Source: Octopus vulgaris (Eukaryota). Taken from it: a stretch of 64,000 bases of DNA. The translations under genes were made by a program, and so were the position numbers. Below are positions 37,443 through 52,090 of this stretch, piece by piece (position 1 is the first letter of the stretch; every line of letters starts with the position of its first letter). The notes beneath the pieces were generated by a model, which was given only the letters and a program-made list of their open reading frames with translations, made no database searches and was not told the origin of the DNA. The stretch lies in contig OX597821.1 in the NCBI GenBank assembly GCA_951406725.2, positions 67,208,001 to 67,272,000 on the forward strand, read 5' to 3'.

Positions 37443-38272
37443 TTTATGTGTGCATACATATATCTAACCAGATACATACCTCCCAGTATATATATCACCG
37501 TGCAATATATATGTATATCTATATGTATATGTGTATGTGTAGATATTGGAATATATATATGCATGTATATTTCATACACACATACACACACACATGTTTA
37601 GAGATATATATGTGTGTAGCTATCTAACTACTTATACAGATATAGATATAAATACACACACACACTCACATACACACTTACACACATACACACACAAATA
37701 TGTATGTGTGTGCATGTGTGTATGTTGCATGTATTTGTGTACATGTATGTAAGCTCATACTTACGTTCAGGTTTCAATTTGTTTATATTTTTTCTATGTA
37801 AAAATGATGTAATTTATCAAAGATATTAATGGAATATGTTGGGATATCTCGCGACATTTCCAGCCCATGTTTTGCATGCAGGAAATTTTCTTTTGTTTCA
37901 TTGCCTTCATTATTATATTCCGATATCCAGGGAGGTAGAAATATAAAATGCTTTACATATTTGTATAGAAAAATCGAGGAAAATTACAAAATGAATCAAG
38001 CGAATAGCTATTAAGAGATTGTCCCCCATATCTCACAGGATGTCGTGCGTATATGTATGTATTCATATATGAATGATTGCGTATATGTATATGTAAATGC
38101 ATATATATATATATATATATATACGTGTGTATGTGTGTATATGTATATGAATACATACCCGTATATATGCACACACATATTACATATACATGTTATGCAT
38201 GCTTAAAATACATATATATTTATATCTATCCATCTATCGATCTACTTATCTACCTATCTCTCTCTGTCTTTC

Positions 38273-38360
<88 letters not shown>

Positions 38361-39120
38361 TAAAGATAGAGACACACACACACATATATATATATAAATA
38401 TGTATATATATTGAGAGAATGAAACTTAAGTATACATACATATATATATATATATACACACGTATATACACACGTATATATATACACATACCTTCGCAAA
38501 CATATACACACACGCACACACGCGTGCATATATATATGTATAAATGCATACATCCATCCATCCATCTATACATACATACATATCGCTTCATATCTTTATA
38601 TCTCTAAGGCAGAGATATAATAAAACTCGGTAATAAACCACAAGTCTGACATAAACACGACCAGCTTCTCTTGTTTGAAATGTCACTGGACAAAATTCGT
38701 TATTCTTTGTTATTCTGCTCACAAGAAAGCATGTGTGGACGTCAAACTCTCCCGGAACACATTGGTATAGCATATTATTTATTAGGGACAAGTGCAGTAT
38801 CGCTTATGAATTATTCAGTTCTTTGGCTCACATAATTGATTTAAATTCTTATTAGGCCCACGCGAAAATTTATTCGGGAGGGTGCATGAAGGATCGAACC
38901 GACTGGTGTTCGTTTTAATTTAATATTTCATAAAAATTTTGTAAACCCATCCTGCCCATACAAACGATGATAGCATTTGAAGGATATTTAGACGATTATA
39001 TGGTTTGAGAGAAACAAAACACAACGGTACATAAAGCAGTACATACTTTAATTGGGTAGGCATTAATTATCATTTTTTCTGAAGATAGCCAAAACTGGCA
39101 CGCAGACCAAATTCATATGG

Positions 39121-39186
<66 letters not shown>

Positions 39187-39290
39187 CTCTGTCTGTCTGT
39201 CTGTCTGTCTATCTATCAATCTATCTGTCTGTCTGTCTATTTGTTTGCTTGTCTTTTTATCTAATATATATATACATATATACATACACA

Positions 39291-39372
<82 letters not shown>

Positions 39373-39529
39373 TAAGAAAGTTGGTATGTGAAAGCACGTG
39401 GTTGAATATATAGAAAATAGTAAAAAGTGAAATAACTACAGAAGGCTTGTTTTAAAAGGTTAAAAATATATATATTTGAGTCAATATGTCTGAAGAATGT
39501 TATAAATTTTTTTCATACAATGACAAAGT

Positions 39530-39760
39530 TTAGAAGAAATGACCGGTTTCGCGTTCAGCTTTTCAAATCGTTATGTTTACGTTGAGCGGAGATCTAGATA
39601 ATAAGTGATTTCTTCCGGTTTAAGGGAGATAATCGCTTAAAATTATTTGCCTTTCTTTTGAATTGAGTTTCTCTGTATAAGTATGTTGGAATGGTTAAGT
39701 TTGGGCTTGTATTTTTCAATGAAGAATATTTCCTTGTTTAGTCTAATACACACATACACA
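39530..39760 (-). mobile_element. Decayed PLE 3' end (GIY-YIG C-terminus plus hammerhead-variant motif)
   Basis: Reverse complement of ~39694-39744 reads RLNKEIFFIEKYKPKLN; reverse complement of 39538-39575 reads ttgaaaagctgaacgcgaaaccggtc. Confidence 0.55.
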
Positions 39761-40087
39761 TATGTCGCGTTGGCCGAAAGGCTTTAATTATTGTCTTCGT
39801 CCATTGTTTCAAATTACCTTATATTTACTTTAGTATGTCCACCTCTGTATTGTCTTATTTGCTCGAGCCCTAATTCTACGTAAATCTGGCGGGTGCCGCT
39901 GATATACGAAGTTCTCAGTCTTATGGTGAAAGGCACGAAACTGGGTATTAGAACTTTCGGTCGAAAACTGATGAAGAATTACTGCCTTCTGTGTCTGTCC
40001 TGCAGGTTCGTTTTGTAGTATTTAATGCAGTTTTCATTTATTGATTAGCTGACACCACGTATCCCGACTTTTGTTAACAGTGAGTTT

Positions 40088-40238
<151 letters not shown>

Positions 40239-40369
40239 GGGAAGGAAAAAATAATGAATAAGGCAGAATGCTAAACTGAAAGCAAGCTTTAATATAGATG
40301 AGTGTAAGAACGATTAAAAAGTATTTAAACCGACTTTCACTAAATGGCAAATTTTCAAGTTAAAAAAGG

Positions 40370-40580
40370 GGATGTGACCGCGTGTGTACCGTTGGCGATT
40401 ATTTTCCTCCGTCTTCCCTTCTTTGAGTCTTTCCTTTTCCTATGTTTCTGACGAAGAGTTCCGCTCGAAACGTTAAAGCCTCTTTCTTTACTTCTTTCCT
40501 GAGCGTCCAATAACACTATACTTATCTCACGTCCTCGCGTTGTGTTTTCTCTTTGTGTTTTCATGTTTGGATTAACTTTA
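40370..40580 (+). mobile_element. PLE-like terminal repeat with hammerhead-like motif
   Basis: ttt-ctgacga-a-gagt-tcc-gctc-gaaac-gtt-aaa, pyrimidine-rich flanks, ends in TA microsatellite. Confidence 0.65.
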
Positions 40581-40610
40581 TATATACATATATACATACT
40601 TACATACATG

Positions 40611-40676
<66 letters not shown>

Positions 40677-41308
40677 TTCATACAGTGAAAACTGTGAGAC
40701 ACATACATTAGACACAAGCATACTTCATATATTCTACATATATGTATTCGTAAATAACTAACAATACAAATCGACCGAAATTACTAACATCAAAGCTCTC
40801 AAGAGTAATACAATAGAGATTCACATATACTCAATGCAAGGAAATACATATTCACACGCCTAGTAATATGTCATATATGTGTTTATCCAGTTGACATATC
40901 CACACATAACACCACATCCTGACCATGTAAATTCAACTACGCTCACCTGCGGATTCTGCGCAGTCTTCCATTTCCACATACACACGCTTGCACATACGTA
41001 TATTTCGCAAAGGGTTAACCATTTGTATAAGCCTGTATATTCTGAATTCAGAGCACAGTTACTAAAACTGCTCATACATAGACGAAACTATATAACTTCC
41101 ACAGTGTTATTTGAAATGATTCTCTTGTTCGCATCAAAACTCATTCTGTTTCTGTGACTACCAGTGATTATACTTTCAGCCTAGCCTGATACAGAATATA
41201 TCTACATGTGTAAAGAAATAGAAAGACGAATTTGTCCGGGACAATTTCCCTGTTACATTCTGATCTAGCATTCTTCCGAGTCCGATTTCAGCCAAATATA
41301 TTAAATAT

Positions 41309-41540
41309 GAGGCAGCGAGACTGCAGAAACGTTAGCACGCCGGGCGAAATGCCTAGCGGTATTTTGTCTGCCGTTACGTTCTGAGTTCAAATTCCGCCGA
41401 AGTCGACTTTGCCTTTCATTCTTTCGGGGTCGATTAAATAAGTACCAGTTAACCACTGGGGACGATGTAATCGACTTAATTCCCTTGCCTGTCCTTGTTT
41501 GTCTCCTCTATGTTTAACCCCTTGTGGGCAATAAAGAAAT
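41309..41540 (+). mobile_element. SINE family A monomer
   Basis: Consensus match; taaatatg on both flanks. Confidence 0.9.
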
Positions 41541-42862
41541 AAATATGTACCAAATATGTCCTCCATTCCATTGTTACGTTGAAATCAGTTCTTATCACTG
41601 TTTATATGACACAAGTTTTCATCGCAATTAGCCATTCAGAGATATATACCACTGCTTTGACCTTGAGTGACGACAAAAATTCTGAATAAAGTAAAGAAAA
41701 TAAGAAAGTAAAAGGATTCTATACGGAAGCTGGTTGGTAAGTTTTACTTCTTAACCCGAAATACGTTTTAAAGCCTTGAACCCGTGAATACGCTTTGCGT
41801 GTAGGGTTTCATTTTACTATACTCCTGCAAGACAGCCACGTAGCTTTGTGTTTACAATTCTTTCATTGACAGAAGCATCGTTATTTTTAGTGATAAACTC
41901 AAAATTATGTGGTACAGCCAAACAAAACAGCTTCAGTTACTGTGTGCTCGCGATTCATAGGTGACTTTAGAGTAATCGATCTTGCTACAAACTTTTGGAA
42001 CTATCTTCTGATTTGAGGATAGCCTATGAGTGAGTTTTTTCACCCACTCCACCAACAGCGAGCAAAGCTTTGTAAAAGACGTTGTACGAGTTAATTAAAT
42101 GCTAAAAACAAATGTCGAAAACTCCATTTTTATCATCCTGTTTATGTCCGTGAAGATAAAGAGATTGTTATGATGGTCCAATAGAATACCCGATCGCTTT
42201 GAGTTCGATAAACATATGGCCGTCCAGGGCAATCTGTTTCGCTGGTTGCATTCTCACAGCAACGTGTGAGACGTAACACAAGCCAACTTTTGAATTATTC
42301 TTGAACAATATCGGCTACGTTGAGAAATGAGATTATATATTTGGGTAGCCCAATAGACATGTGCAGAAGTAAATATTACCCAAATTGTCCAGAACTGCGA
42401 TTCGCAAAGGAAATTTCCAAGACCAGGCCTATAGTCCTACGCACGATGTTAGTAGATTGCAGAGATAAGCAATACTGAACAACGAAACAAAGAAAATATA
42501 AGTGTTAATAATTATTCTCATTCATCTGATAATTTCCGCGACATTGAACGACAGAAGCTGAAAGATAAAGATAACAAAACTGATTTAATATACATTAAAT
42601 TATATAAAATTCTCAAAATTTACGACCTAACTAATATACTGGATTTTCTTTTTGCAATTTCACCGAAAATATATGCACAGACATTTATATGTTGAATATT
42701 CAATAGTATAGTATATTCATAGTATCAATCAGTATAAAGACTTGGGACTAAATTTTGGTGGTCGAAAACTGCACAGAAACCTCTGATATACACACAAACA
42801 TATGTATATATGTAAGTGCACAGTCATATAATCATGCACAGACATACATGCGTACATGCATA

Positions 42863-42914
<52 letters not shown>

Positions 42915-42928
42915 CCTACATGTATGCA

Positions 42929-42973
<45 letters not shown>

Positions 42974-43039
42974 ATGTATGCATGTATGTATGTATGTATT
43001 ATGCATGTATGTATGTATGTATGTATGTATATCTATATA

Positions 43040-43180
43040 TACTATTGTGTCTGGGGAGAGTCATTTTCTTTTTGTGCCTTATAATTTAATACACTCACCA
43101 GTAAAATTTCCACTTATTTCTTATTTTTATTTTCCTTAAATTTTCGTTACGTCTTGCAACCTTTTCAATAGTCTTGACTC
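43040..43180 (-). mobile_element. Repeat end homologous to 12605-12766 (PLE-like)
   Basis: ttgtgtctggggagagtcattttctttttgtgccttataattt shared. Confidence 0.7.
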
Positions 43181-43639
43181 TGTCCGTTATTTACACTGCG
43201 TTCCTTTTTGTTTGTTTGTGCGCATGTGTGTGAGACAGTGTGTATGTGTGTGTGTGTGTGTGTGTGTGCCTATGCATGTATGTATGCATGTGTGTGCATG
43301 TATATATGTGTGTATGCATATGTAAATATGTATGTATGTGTGTGCGTATGTGTGTATATATATGCACCTATGTCTCCTTGTGTGTGCATGTCTGAGTGTG
43401 TGTGTGTGTTTTGCAACTATGTACCGTGTTTGTATGTATGGATGTGCATCTCCATACGTGTGGACATGTGTCTCCACCTGTGTCCTTGTGTGAAGTAAAG
43501 TGTGTCTATGTATATATGGCTATGTGTTACAGTCTCCATTTGCGTATGTGTGCTTGTCTGTTCATATAACCTATGTACCTATCTGCCTGTATGTTGATCA
43601 GTTTATTTTCATATCCATATGCTTACATACATGTGCATA

Positions 43640-44320
43640 TACACAACGAAATAAAAACCCGCAGTATGATAGAAACCATAGCCACTCATAATAAAAAGGA
43701 GAAATGGTGGAATGTCCCAGTGAAGACCTCAATAAAATGTATGCTCTACAGACTTGATATGAGGATTTGGGATAGAGAAGAGAATCTGTGCACAGTTTTG
43801 GAAATTTGCTGCCCAACGGATGTTAAAATAAAGCTGAAGATAAGTGAGAAAGAGAACACCTATGGTGAACTATTGAGAAATCTGCAGTTACTCTATCCAG
43901 ATTACAAGTTCAGGTTTATATCTGTAATTAATGGGGTCCTGAGATACCACTCTTGAGAAATTAGGCTTCTCAAAACCAGAAAGGTGAAATCTAATTCGAA
44001 GCTAATCCATCTTTGGAACTGTAAAAATCTGACAAATTTCCTGAAGTTTATCATTTAAATATATATGAGCATGTCTAGATATGAAACTATATGCATGAGT
44101 ATACATACATAATACAAAACATACAACTCTGCATACATACATGCATACATACATACATATATACATACATACATACATACATACATACATACATACATAC
44201 ATACATACATACAAAAAATACCGTATTATTGATGTTGAAATTCTAGTGAAGGAGCCTTGTTTCTAGGTTACAAACCTACTCTTTCTCGATTGACAAGAAA
44301 TCTTGATATGAAACTGAACA
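43640..44320 (+). mobile_element. R4/Dong-like LINE 3' end (RLE endonuclease plus UTR containing (ACAT)n)
   Basis: WWNVPVKTSIKC..RLDMRIWDRE..CTVLEICCPTDVKI..KENTYGELLRNLQLLYPDYKF (PD..E-type RLE). Confidence 0.8.
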
Positions 44321-44392
<72 letters not shown>

Positions 44393-44438
44393 CATACATA
44401 CATGCATACATACATACATACATACATACATACATACA

Positions 44439-44474
<36 letters not shown>

Positions 44475-44819
44475 TATTCTATATTTCATACACATATATG
44501 CATTCATAACCATGACTACATTCTTTCAAACACGCATGAGGACAACTGAGTTAGATTTCTAACAACAATTATCTGAACGCTTGGATGCGCGATTGCCTGT
44601 CCTAGTGAGGGTGTTAAGATGATGGGTTCCAAAAGAAAAATCAGAGAACGTGCCTAATTAAACGATTAGAGCCACAAGCTATCAGAGAAACTGTTAAGAT
44701 ATATAGAGCATTCAGAATGTTTTGTCATGTAATAAGATACACAAATTGAATATTGTATTGACATCGATGTATTCATTCGCCTGCACCCACGCATACATAT
44801 ATACAGACAAAAACAGGTA

Positions 44820-45490
44820 CCTATATCGTTCTGAAGATTTCTGCTAATATAGCCATACATGGTCTTCTGCTGATATACATTCCTCCTTTCATCTGATGAT
44901 ACGTTTTGGCAGAGTCTTGCCAATTCTGTGAGCATATGTTCAAGGTTACTAGACAGGGTATGTTGTCCAAGGAGCTGCTTTCCAAGTCCATTGACGTTAT
45001 CAAATTCGTGCATGCAAACTTGGTCAAGGAATGCACTTCGACACTCAGTGCTTAAAATATGTTGCCAAAGGGATACGACCTGACGTTCAAAACCAGTTTG
45101 AAACGATGTTAAGCCTCTGCTGCTTTGTTTTTGTTTTAGGTGGATGTGGTCTACATCGCTGTTGATGTGAAAATTATTTGTGCTGATCAGTATCATCCAG
45201 GTTTTCACATTAATAGCTCGGACCTCAACAAGCGTACAATCAAGTAGCCCAAATGTTAGTATGAGTACTGGCACTGCAAACACATTGTCGCTCACTATTT
45301 TATTTAATTCCGAGTTTCATATTTTCTTTATTCACCTGTAATATGTTTTAAGCGATACATGTCTTGTTATATCGTAAGTTATGTTTTCAACTACCTCTAA
45401 TACTCATCAGATACAGTGAAAACACTTGGATCATTGATGGAAGTGATTCTAGTCTGGTTTACAGTTTTCCATCTTTTCTCAACCACAAAA
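44820..45490 (-). mobile_element. R4/Dong-like LINE fragment (RT thumb region)
   Basis: NVFAVPVLILTFGLLD..INVKTWMIL..FHINSDVDHIHL..RGLTS (ORF 44666-45295). Confidence 0.8.
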
Positions 45491-45926
45491 GCAACATCTA
45501 AATGTATGTACGTTCGTATGTTTGTTTATATATATATATATATACACACACACATATATGTGTGTGTATGTGTGTGTGTGTGCGTGTGTGTGTGTGTGCG
45601 TATGTGTGTTTCCATGTATGTATGTATGCATGAATGTATGAATGCGCCAGCGTACTTGCAAGACTGATGTTTAAATTCTAATGACTCATTGTTTCTAGAC
45701 AAGAAAGCGGTTCTTTGTATATTGGTAAGAGTTTAGAAAAATAAAATCGGTGAAACATATTTACATACATATTTAAATACTTACATATACATTACTGACA
45801 CACATACCTTCATAGCTATCTACGTAGATACACACACATACATTCATGTATATATACATAAACATATACATTCATATACATATACATTCATATACCTATA
45901 TATATGTATACATTCATATACATATA

Positions 45927-45962
<36 letters not shown>

Positions 45963-46006
45963 TGTATGTATGTATACATACATACACACATACATACATA
46001 CATACA

Positions 46007-46037
<31 letters not shown>

Positions 46038-47389
46038 GTGCATACATTATTTCATACATATATATGCAGGCATTGTGTTTTCATGTGAATAAATGAAAGC
46101 GTGAGCGTGCTTATGTTTCTGAATATTAATGGAATTCTGAAAAGCAGAATTTATTCGCCATTCTTGGTTTATGGATAAAACATAGCACGCCAATTTAAAT
46201 CACCGGCACCACCAAGATCTTACAATCAATCATTAGGTTAAACCACTGTATGAGGAAATACAAATGACCTCAGCACTAACCTCCGCTCTCTCTCTCTGTC
46301 CTTCTCTTCTCTACTCCTCTATTCTGCTCTCCAATATATCAGAATCTAAATCTAACACTTTTGGAAATCGATAATCGATAGACAATCGATTATAATTTTC
46401 ATAGAACAAAAGATGAACTTGTTGCTTATTTCAGGGACTGATGGTCAGTTGAAATTTGAAATTCAATTTACTTTCTGTCTACAAAAATGATCGCTTGGCT
46501 ACTGACTTTGATTCCTGTCATTGAGAAATACTCTCCGATTATAACTCATCAATAGCTGGAGTTTATACTCTTCCTCCTGTTATACATCATCGTTTTTATT
46601 TTTATCATCACTACCGCCGTCACAATCACCAAAAGCAGCAGCAGCAGCAGCAAAATCATCCTCATCATCTTTATCAACATAATTGTTCCTTCTCATCGTC
46701 TTCATCGTCATCCTGGTTGTTGCATTCGTCAGCATCATTATGAAAATTCTCATAACCTTGACCGTCACTATAGTTGACTTTGCCATTATTACCACCACCA
46801 TTATGTCTGCCATACGCTCAGGTTTCCCTATGATCAAAATCGTCGTGATTATGATCCTCCTCCTCCTACTCCTTCACATCTCCATAATCATCACCATTGT
46901 CATCTTGCTCATCATCACCATCGGTGTCACCGTCGCCGTAGCCGTCGTCATTATCTTCATCATAAACTTCTAATATTGATATTTTCTCAACTTGAAAATC
47001 CAGACAAAAATTTGACTTATTTTTTGTGATGAATGAATTGTGAAGTTAAACTTCGTTGTGAAAAACGAAAAAAACACTTTTGACTCAACCTCCCACATAT
47101 ATATATGTGTGTATGTACGTGTGTGTGTGAGAGAGAAAGAGAGAGAGAGAGAGAAGAAAAAAAGAGAGAGAGAGCGTGTGTGTGTTTATGTGTGGTTTTA
47201 TCTGAAGTTGAGTCAATTTTTTTTCCGTTTTTTAATTTTCACTGATGATTTTTTTTTTTTTTTTTGCAATTTGTATCTCCGTGTTAAATCATTAATTTGA
47301 TAAACTTGTCCAATTGTTGAATTGCTTATTCTTTATTTTCAGATATAACATATAAGCATTAATTGTATTTTCTTTATTTTACAGATTTG

Positions 47390-48560
47390 ATAATGAGTGG
47401 TGAAAAAATTGCAATTAGAGTCATTTCACACCAGCTGTGGAAAAACGAAGGAGTGAAAGGGTAGCGGTAAATATGAATGAACGAGGTAGAAAGTCTATGA
47501 ATTGTCGATGTCTGTGTTACACAAGATTGGTTCAGACGCTTCAAGGAAGGTAAAAACAGCTCGAAGACAAACCAATGTCAGTGCGACCTGTTGTGGAAGA
47601 TGAAGCTTTGCATGAAATGATTGAACAACAGCCGAGTTCAAGGACTCCTACATTGTCAGTAGAACTTAGTCCTTCGCAGAGCATCATCACCTTAGCTTCT
47701 TCACAAAGCACCACAGACCGCCATAAGCTCTGCCTTGTGCACAGACGCTATGAACTGTCTAGTTGACCAGGAGCAACGACGTGCGAGCATTTGCTGGCAA
47801 ATCCGCGAGATACCATTTTTTAATCGGCGACGAGTAGGGGTGAAAAATAGATCTATATTCGAAATCCTAGCAGAAAGCAGTGGCTCTCTTCCGGCCATGC
47901 TCCAAAACCTATTTCTTTACTACCCACAGGGGGCTCTAAACACAGAGAGGACAAACAAGGACAGACAAACGGATTATGTCGATTACATCGACTCCAGTGC
48001 ATAAATGGTACTTATTTAATCGACCCCCGAAAGGATGAAAGGCAAAGTCGACCTCGGTGGAATTTGAACTCAGAACGTAGCGGCAGACGAAATACCACTG
48101 AGAATTTCGCCCGGCGTGCTAAAGTTTCTGCCAGAAAGCCAGTTACCAAATAAGGACGGGTTGGGCAGAAAATCATGTGTTGCCCCAAACTCGAAGCTGT
48201 CAACGTAAACCTTACTTCTCAACAACTGCAGTGAGTTTATGCTGCTTTGAAAGCTTTGCATTGGTTAATCGAAGACGCACAGCTGCCTACGTGGACAAGC
48301 GCAAGCTAGAAGAGCTTGTATGACTTGAAGTTCTGTCTCAGTCTACAGTCAAGAACTTGTACCATCAAATTACCACATTTTTAGAGTCATGGCTCATTTT
48401 TTGCACGGATGGAGTGTCAAAAACGTTGATGAGTTTGAAAATGTGTGCAGAGAGATTTTTGTCTCTAAAGCAGCGAAATGGTACAAGCGTGGAATTGGGC
48501 TTTTGGAATAACAACGTCAACAGGCAATAAAATAAAGTAGAATATATTTTGATGAATAAA
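47390..48560 (+). mobile_element. Decayed mariner transposase interrupted by a SINE
   Basis: QDWFRRFKEG..EDKPMSVRPVVEDEALHEMIEQQP at the 5' side; LVPSNYHIFRVMAHFLHG..WYKRGI..YFDE* at the 3' side. Confidence 0.8.
47909..48133 (-). mobile_element. SINE family A monomer inside mariner
   Basis: Reverse complement of the consensus. Confidence 0.9.
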
Positions 48561-48632
48561 TGTTTCTCCTATGCAATTTGTTTGAACAATGAATTAAAGC
48601 TTGAACTACGAAAACCCATTCGACTTAAACCT

Positions 48633-48825
48633 TGTTGTGTGGTAAGTAGCTTGCTTACCAACCATATGTTTCCGGGTGAGTCGTTTACATCGACTCCAGT
48701 GTTCAACTGGTACTCATTTTATTGACCCGAAAGGATGAAAGGCAAAGTCGAGCGCGGTGGCATTTGAACTCAGAGCATGGACACAGATTAAATGCCGCGA
48801 AGCATTTTGCCCGGCGTGCTAACTA
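48633..48825. mobile_element. SINE B head (+) fused to a SINE A fragment (-)
   Basis: gtgtggtaagtagcttgcttaccaacc then cgaaaggatgaaaggcaaagtcg. Confidence 0.7.
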
Positions 48826-48829
48826 TTCT

Positions 48830-48975
<146 letters not shown>

Positions 48976-50240
48976 TGACTTCCTCTGTAGCTAAAGGCAA
49001 TAAATAAACTAAAGACCTACCACACCTGTTAATTGTCGCTTGCTGTTTCGGGTATTCAGCATAGTAAATATTTACTTGTTATGAAGTACCAGATCGAGAA
49101 CAAATTCTAATATAAATAGGGCGTTATCGTCATTACAGGGACATAATTCTAATTATGAATGTGACATATTATCACAGCACCAACAAATCTTATGAGAGTA
49201 ATAAAATTTTTGACCACAAACTGTGGATGCCTCCCCGCCACTACCCAAAACACAAAACAATGAGACAAGAAAAAACAGCAACAAGTTGTATTAAAATGAG
49301 GAAAGTAGATAATAGAAAATACAGATAAATAAATATATATATTAATAAATATGTAAATAAATAAAACATTTACATATGTTATTATGTATTATGTTATCAA
49401 TAATATAATCCTGTTTTCCGCCTAACACAAATAAAACGTATGTTTTAGATCTAATGTATTAGCTTCTCGGTTAGGGTCACGTTTTTGTTTTTTCCTACGT
49501 TTGCTTGAGTGACGGTGTGTGTGTGTGATTGTGATTGTGCGCGTGTGTCCGTGTATGTATGTGTGTATGTATATATGTGTCTGTGTGTGTATGTGTGTGT
49601 GTGTGTGTGCAAGTGTGTGTATATGTCTGTGTGTGTGTGTGTGCGTGTGTGTATGTGTGTGTGTTTGTGTGTGTGTTTCAGTGCTTACCAGAAAATTTAT
49701 GATCCTTTTTAGCGTTTTAATCTGATGTGATGTTGAGATATTTCGAACAAACCCTATTTAATGAGTATTTCTGTGGAAAAAAACAATTTACTCTCGTTCA
49801 TGCATACTGACACATACGAACACATACACACACATCTCTGCTCATAGACACATTTACAAATTCATACACATACATACTCAATAACTGGAACGTAAGTGGA
49901 ATAATGTACATTTACGTCTGTGTTTAGGAATATTTGTGTATATATATATACGTGTGCAAACACACTCACAGACATATACGCACATACGCACACGTATAAA
50001 TAAATGGTGTATGTGTGTGTATATATCTGTGTAGTATATATATGTTTGCGTATTTATGTGTTTGTAACTGTATGTAACTCAATGCTTATCATTTTACTAT
50101 TTTTATCGATAGTTTTATATTTTCTGTCATTTCCTCTTTATTCCCGTACGTACCAGAACTAAATTACCTCTCTCTCTTTCTCTCTCTCTCTTTCTCTCTC
50201 TCTCTTTTCATCTCTCATTCACTCTGATTCTCTGTTTCTG

Positions 50241-50297
<57 letters not shown>

Positions 50298-50334
50298 CGC
50301 TTTCTCTTTTCCTCGTGCTCTTTGTTTTTTCTAT

Positions 50335-50773
50335 ATTCTTTACTCTTTACTCCTTTACTTGTTTGACTTTTCCTCATTTGACTGTGGCCATGCTGGAGCA
50401 CCGCCTTTAGTCGAGTAAATCGACCCCAGGACTTATTCTTTGGAAGCCTAGTACTTAATCTATCGTGGATTCTTTTGACGAACTGCTAAGTTACGAGGAC
50501 GTAAACACACCAGCATCGGTTGTCAAGCGATGTTGGGGGGAAAACACTGACACACAAATATGCACACACACACAGACACACACACATATATATATATATA
50601 TACATACATACGACGGGCTTCTTTCAGTTTCCGTCTACCAAATCCACTCACAAGGCTTTGGTCGACCCGAGGCTATAGTAGAAGACACTTGCCCAAGGTA
50701 CCTCGCAGTGGGACTTAACCCGGAACCATGTGGCTGGTAAGCAAGCTACTTACCACACAGCCACCCCTGCGCC
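50335..50773 (-). mobile_element. SINE family B, full length
   Basis: Consensus match. Confidence 0.9.
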
Positions 50774-50930
50774 CATAGCCATCTGTCTGCTGAATGAAGA
50801 TTGATGAACAATGTTAATCGATTTTCGAAACTTATTGGGTTCTCATCAGAGGCGTTCGCAACATTCTGACAGTCTATATATATATATATGTAGGTAGGTA
50901 GATAGGTAAGTAGATAGGTCGGTACGCAGG

Positions 50931-51162
50931 CAGGCGAGCTGGCAGAAACGTTAGCACGCCGGGCGAAATGCGTAGCCGTATTTCGTCTGCCATTACGTTC
51001 TGAGTTCAAATTCCGCCGAGGTCGACTTTGCCTTTCATCCTTTCGGGGTCGATAAATTAAGTACCAGTTACGCCCTGGGATCGATGTAATCGATTTATTC
51101 CGTTTGTCTGTCCTTGTTTGTTCCCTCTGTGTTTAGCCCCTTGTGGGTAGTAAAGAAATAGG
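50931..51162 (+). mobile_element. SINE family A monomer
   Basis: Consensus match. Confidence 0.9.
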
Positions 51163-51372
51163 TAGGTATCTACGTATGCATATCTACTTGGGTGTTTCAC
51201 GAATTTTTGAGCTGCAATTAAAACTACTACAGTTGGAATATTTGAGTGCTTGCTTAAGGACTTTCCGAGCCCGTTGTTCTACATTCTTTTGACTGGTCAC
51301 TTAAAAACTCGTCGTATTTTTCACATGACAGAAGCTGGTATACACTGGAACGAAATACACTGAAATGTAGCA

Positions 51373-51789
51373 AGGCGGCGAGCTGGCAGAAACGTTAGCA
51401 CACCGAGCGAAATGCGTAGCCGAATTTCGTCTGCTGTTACGATCTGAGTTCAAATTCCGCCGAGGTCGACTTTGCCTTTCGTCCTTTCGAAGTCGATAAA
51501 TTAAGTACCAGTTACGCACTGGGGTCGATGTAATTGACTTAATCCGTTTGTGTGTCCTTGTTTGTCCTCTCTGTGTTTAGCTCCTTGTTGGTAGTAAAGA
51601 AATAGGTATTTCGTCTGCCGCTACGTTCTAAGTTCAAATTCCGCCGAGGTCGACTTTGCCTTTCATCCTTTCGGGATCGATTACATAAGTACCATTTACG
51701 CACTGGGGTCGATGTAAACGACTTAATCCATTTGTCTGACCTTGTTTGTCCCCTCTATGTTTAGCCCCTTGTGGGTAGTAAAGAAATAG
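51373..51789 (+). mobile_element. SINE family A dimer
   Basis: Restart at ~51605; 19-bp TSD-like repeat at 51352-51370 and 51789-51807 (2 mismatches). Confidence 0.9.
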
Positions 51790-51899
51790 AAATTCACTGA
51801 GATGTAGTAGATAACCCAAGGTATCTGTTTCTTCATGTGCGACTAATACATAGTTACATATATGCATGTACGGATGGATGGGCGAATGTCTTTTACTTG

Positions 51900-52090
51900 T
51901 TCCAGGCGCTAGACAGGGACCATGCTGGAGCATCACATTCTGAAAGGTTTACTCAAAGATATTGACCCAAGTACTTTTTTTTTTAGTCTGGTACATATTC
52001 TCTCGTTCGATTTTCCTCCACCGCTAAGTTACGGAGCGTGAATAAATCGACATTGGTTGTCAATCGATGGGAGTTACAACAGACACAAAG
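51900..52090 (-). mobile_element. SINE family B 3' half, old
   Basis: ccatgctggagc...ccgctaagttacgg...ggttgtcaatcgatg. Confidence 0.7.

Noticed and set aside
38620-38810. Possible PLE endonuclease relic (CP..C..V, TFQTR) on the minus strand
   Set aside because: Needs several frameshifts; too weak.
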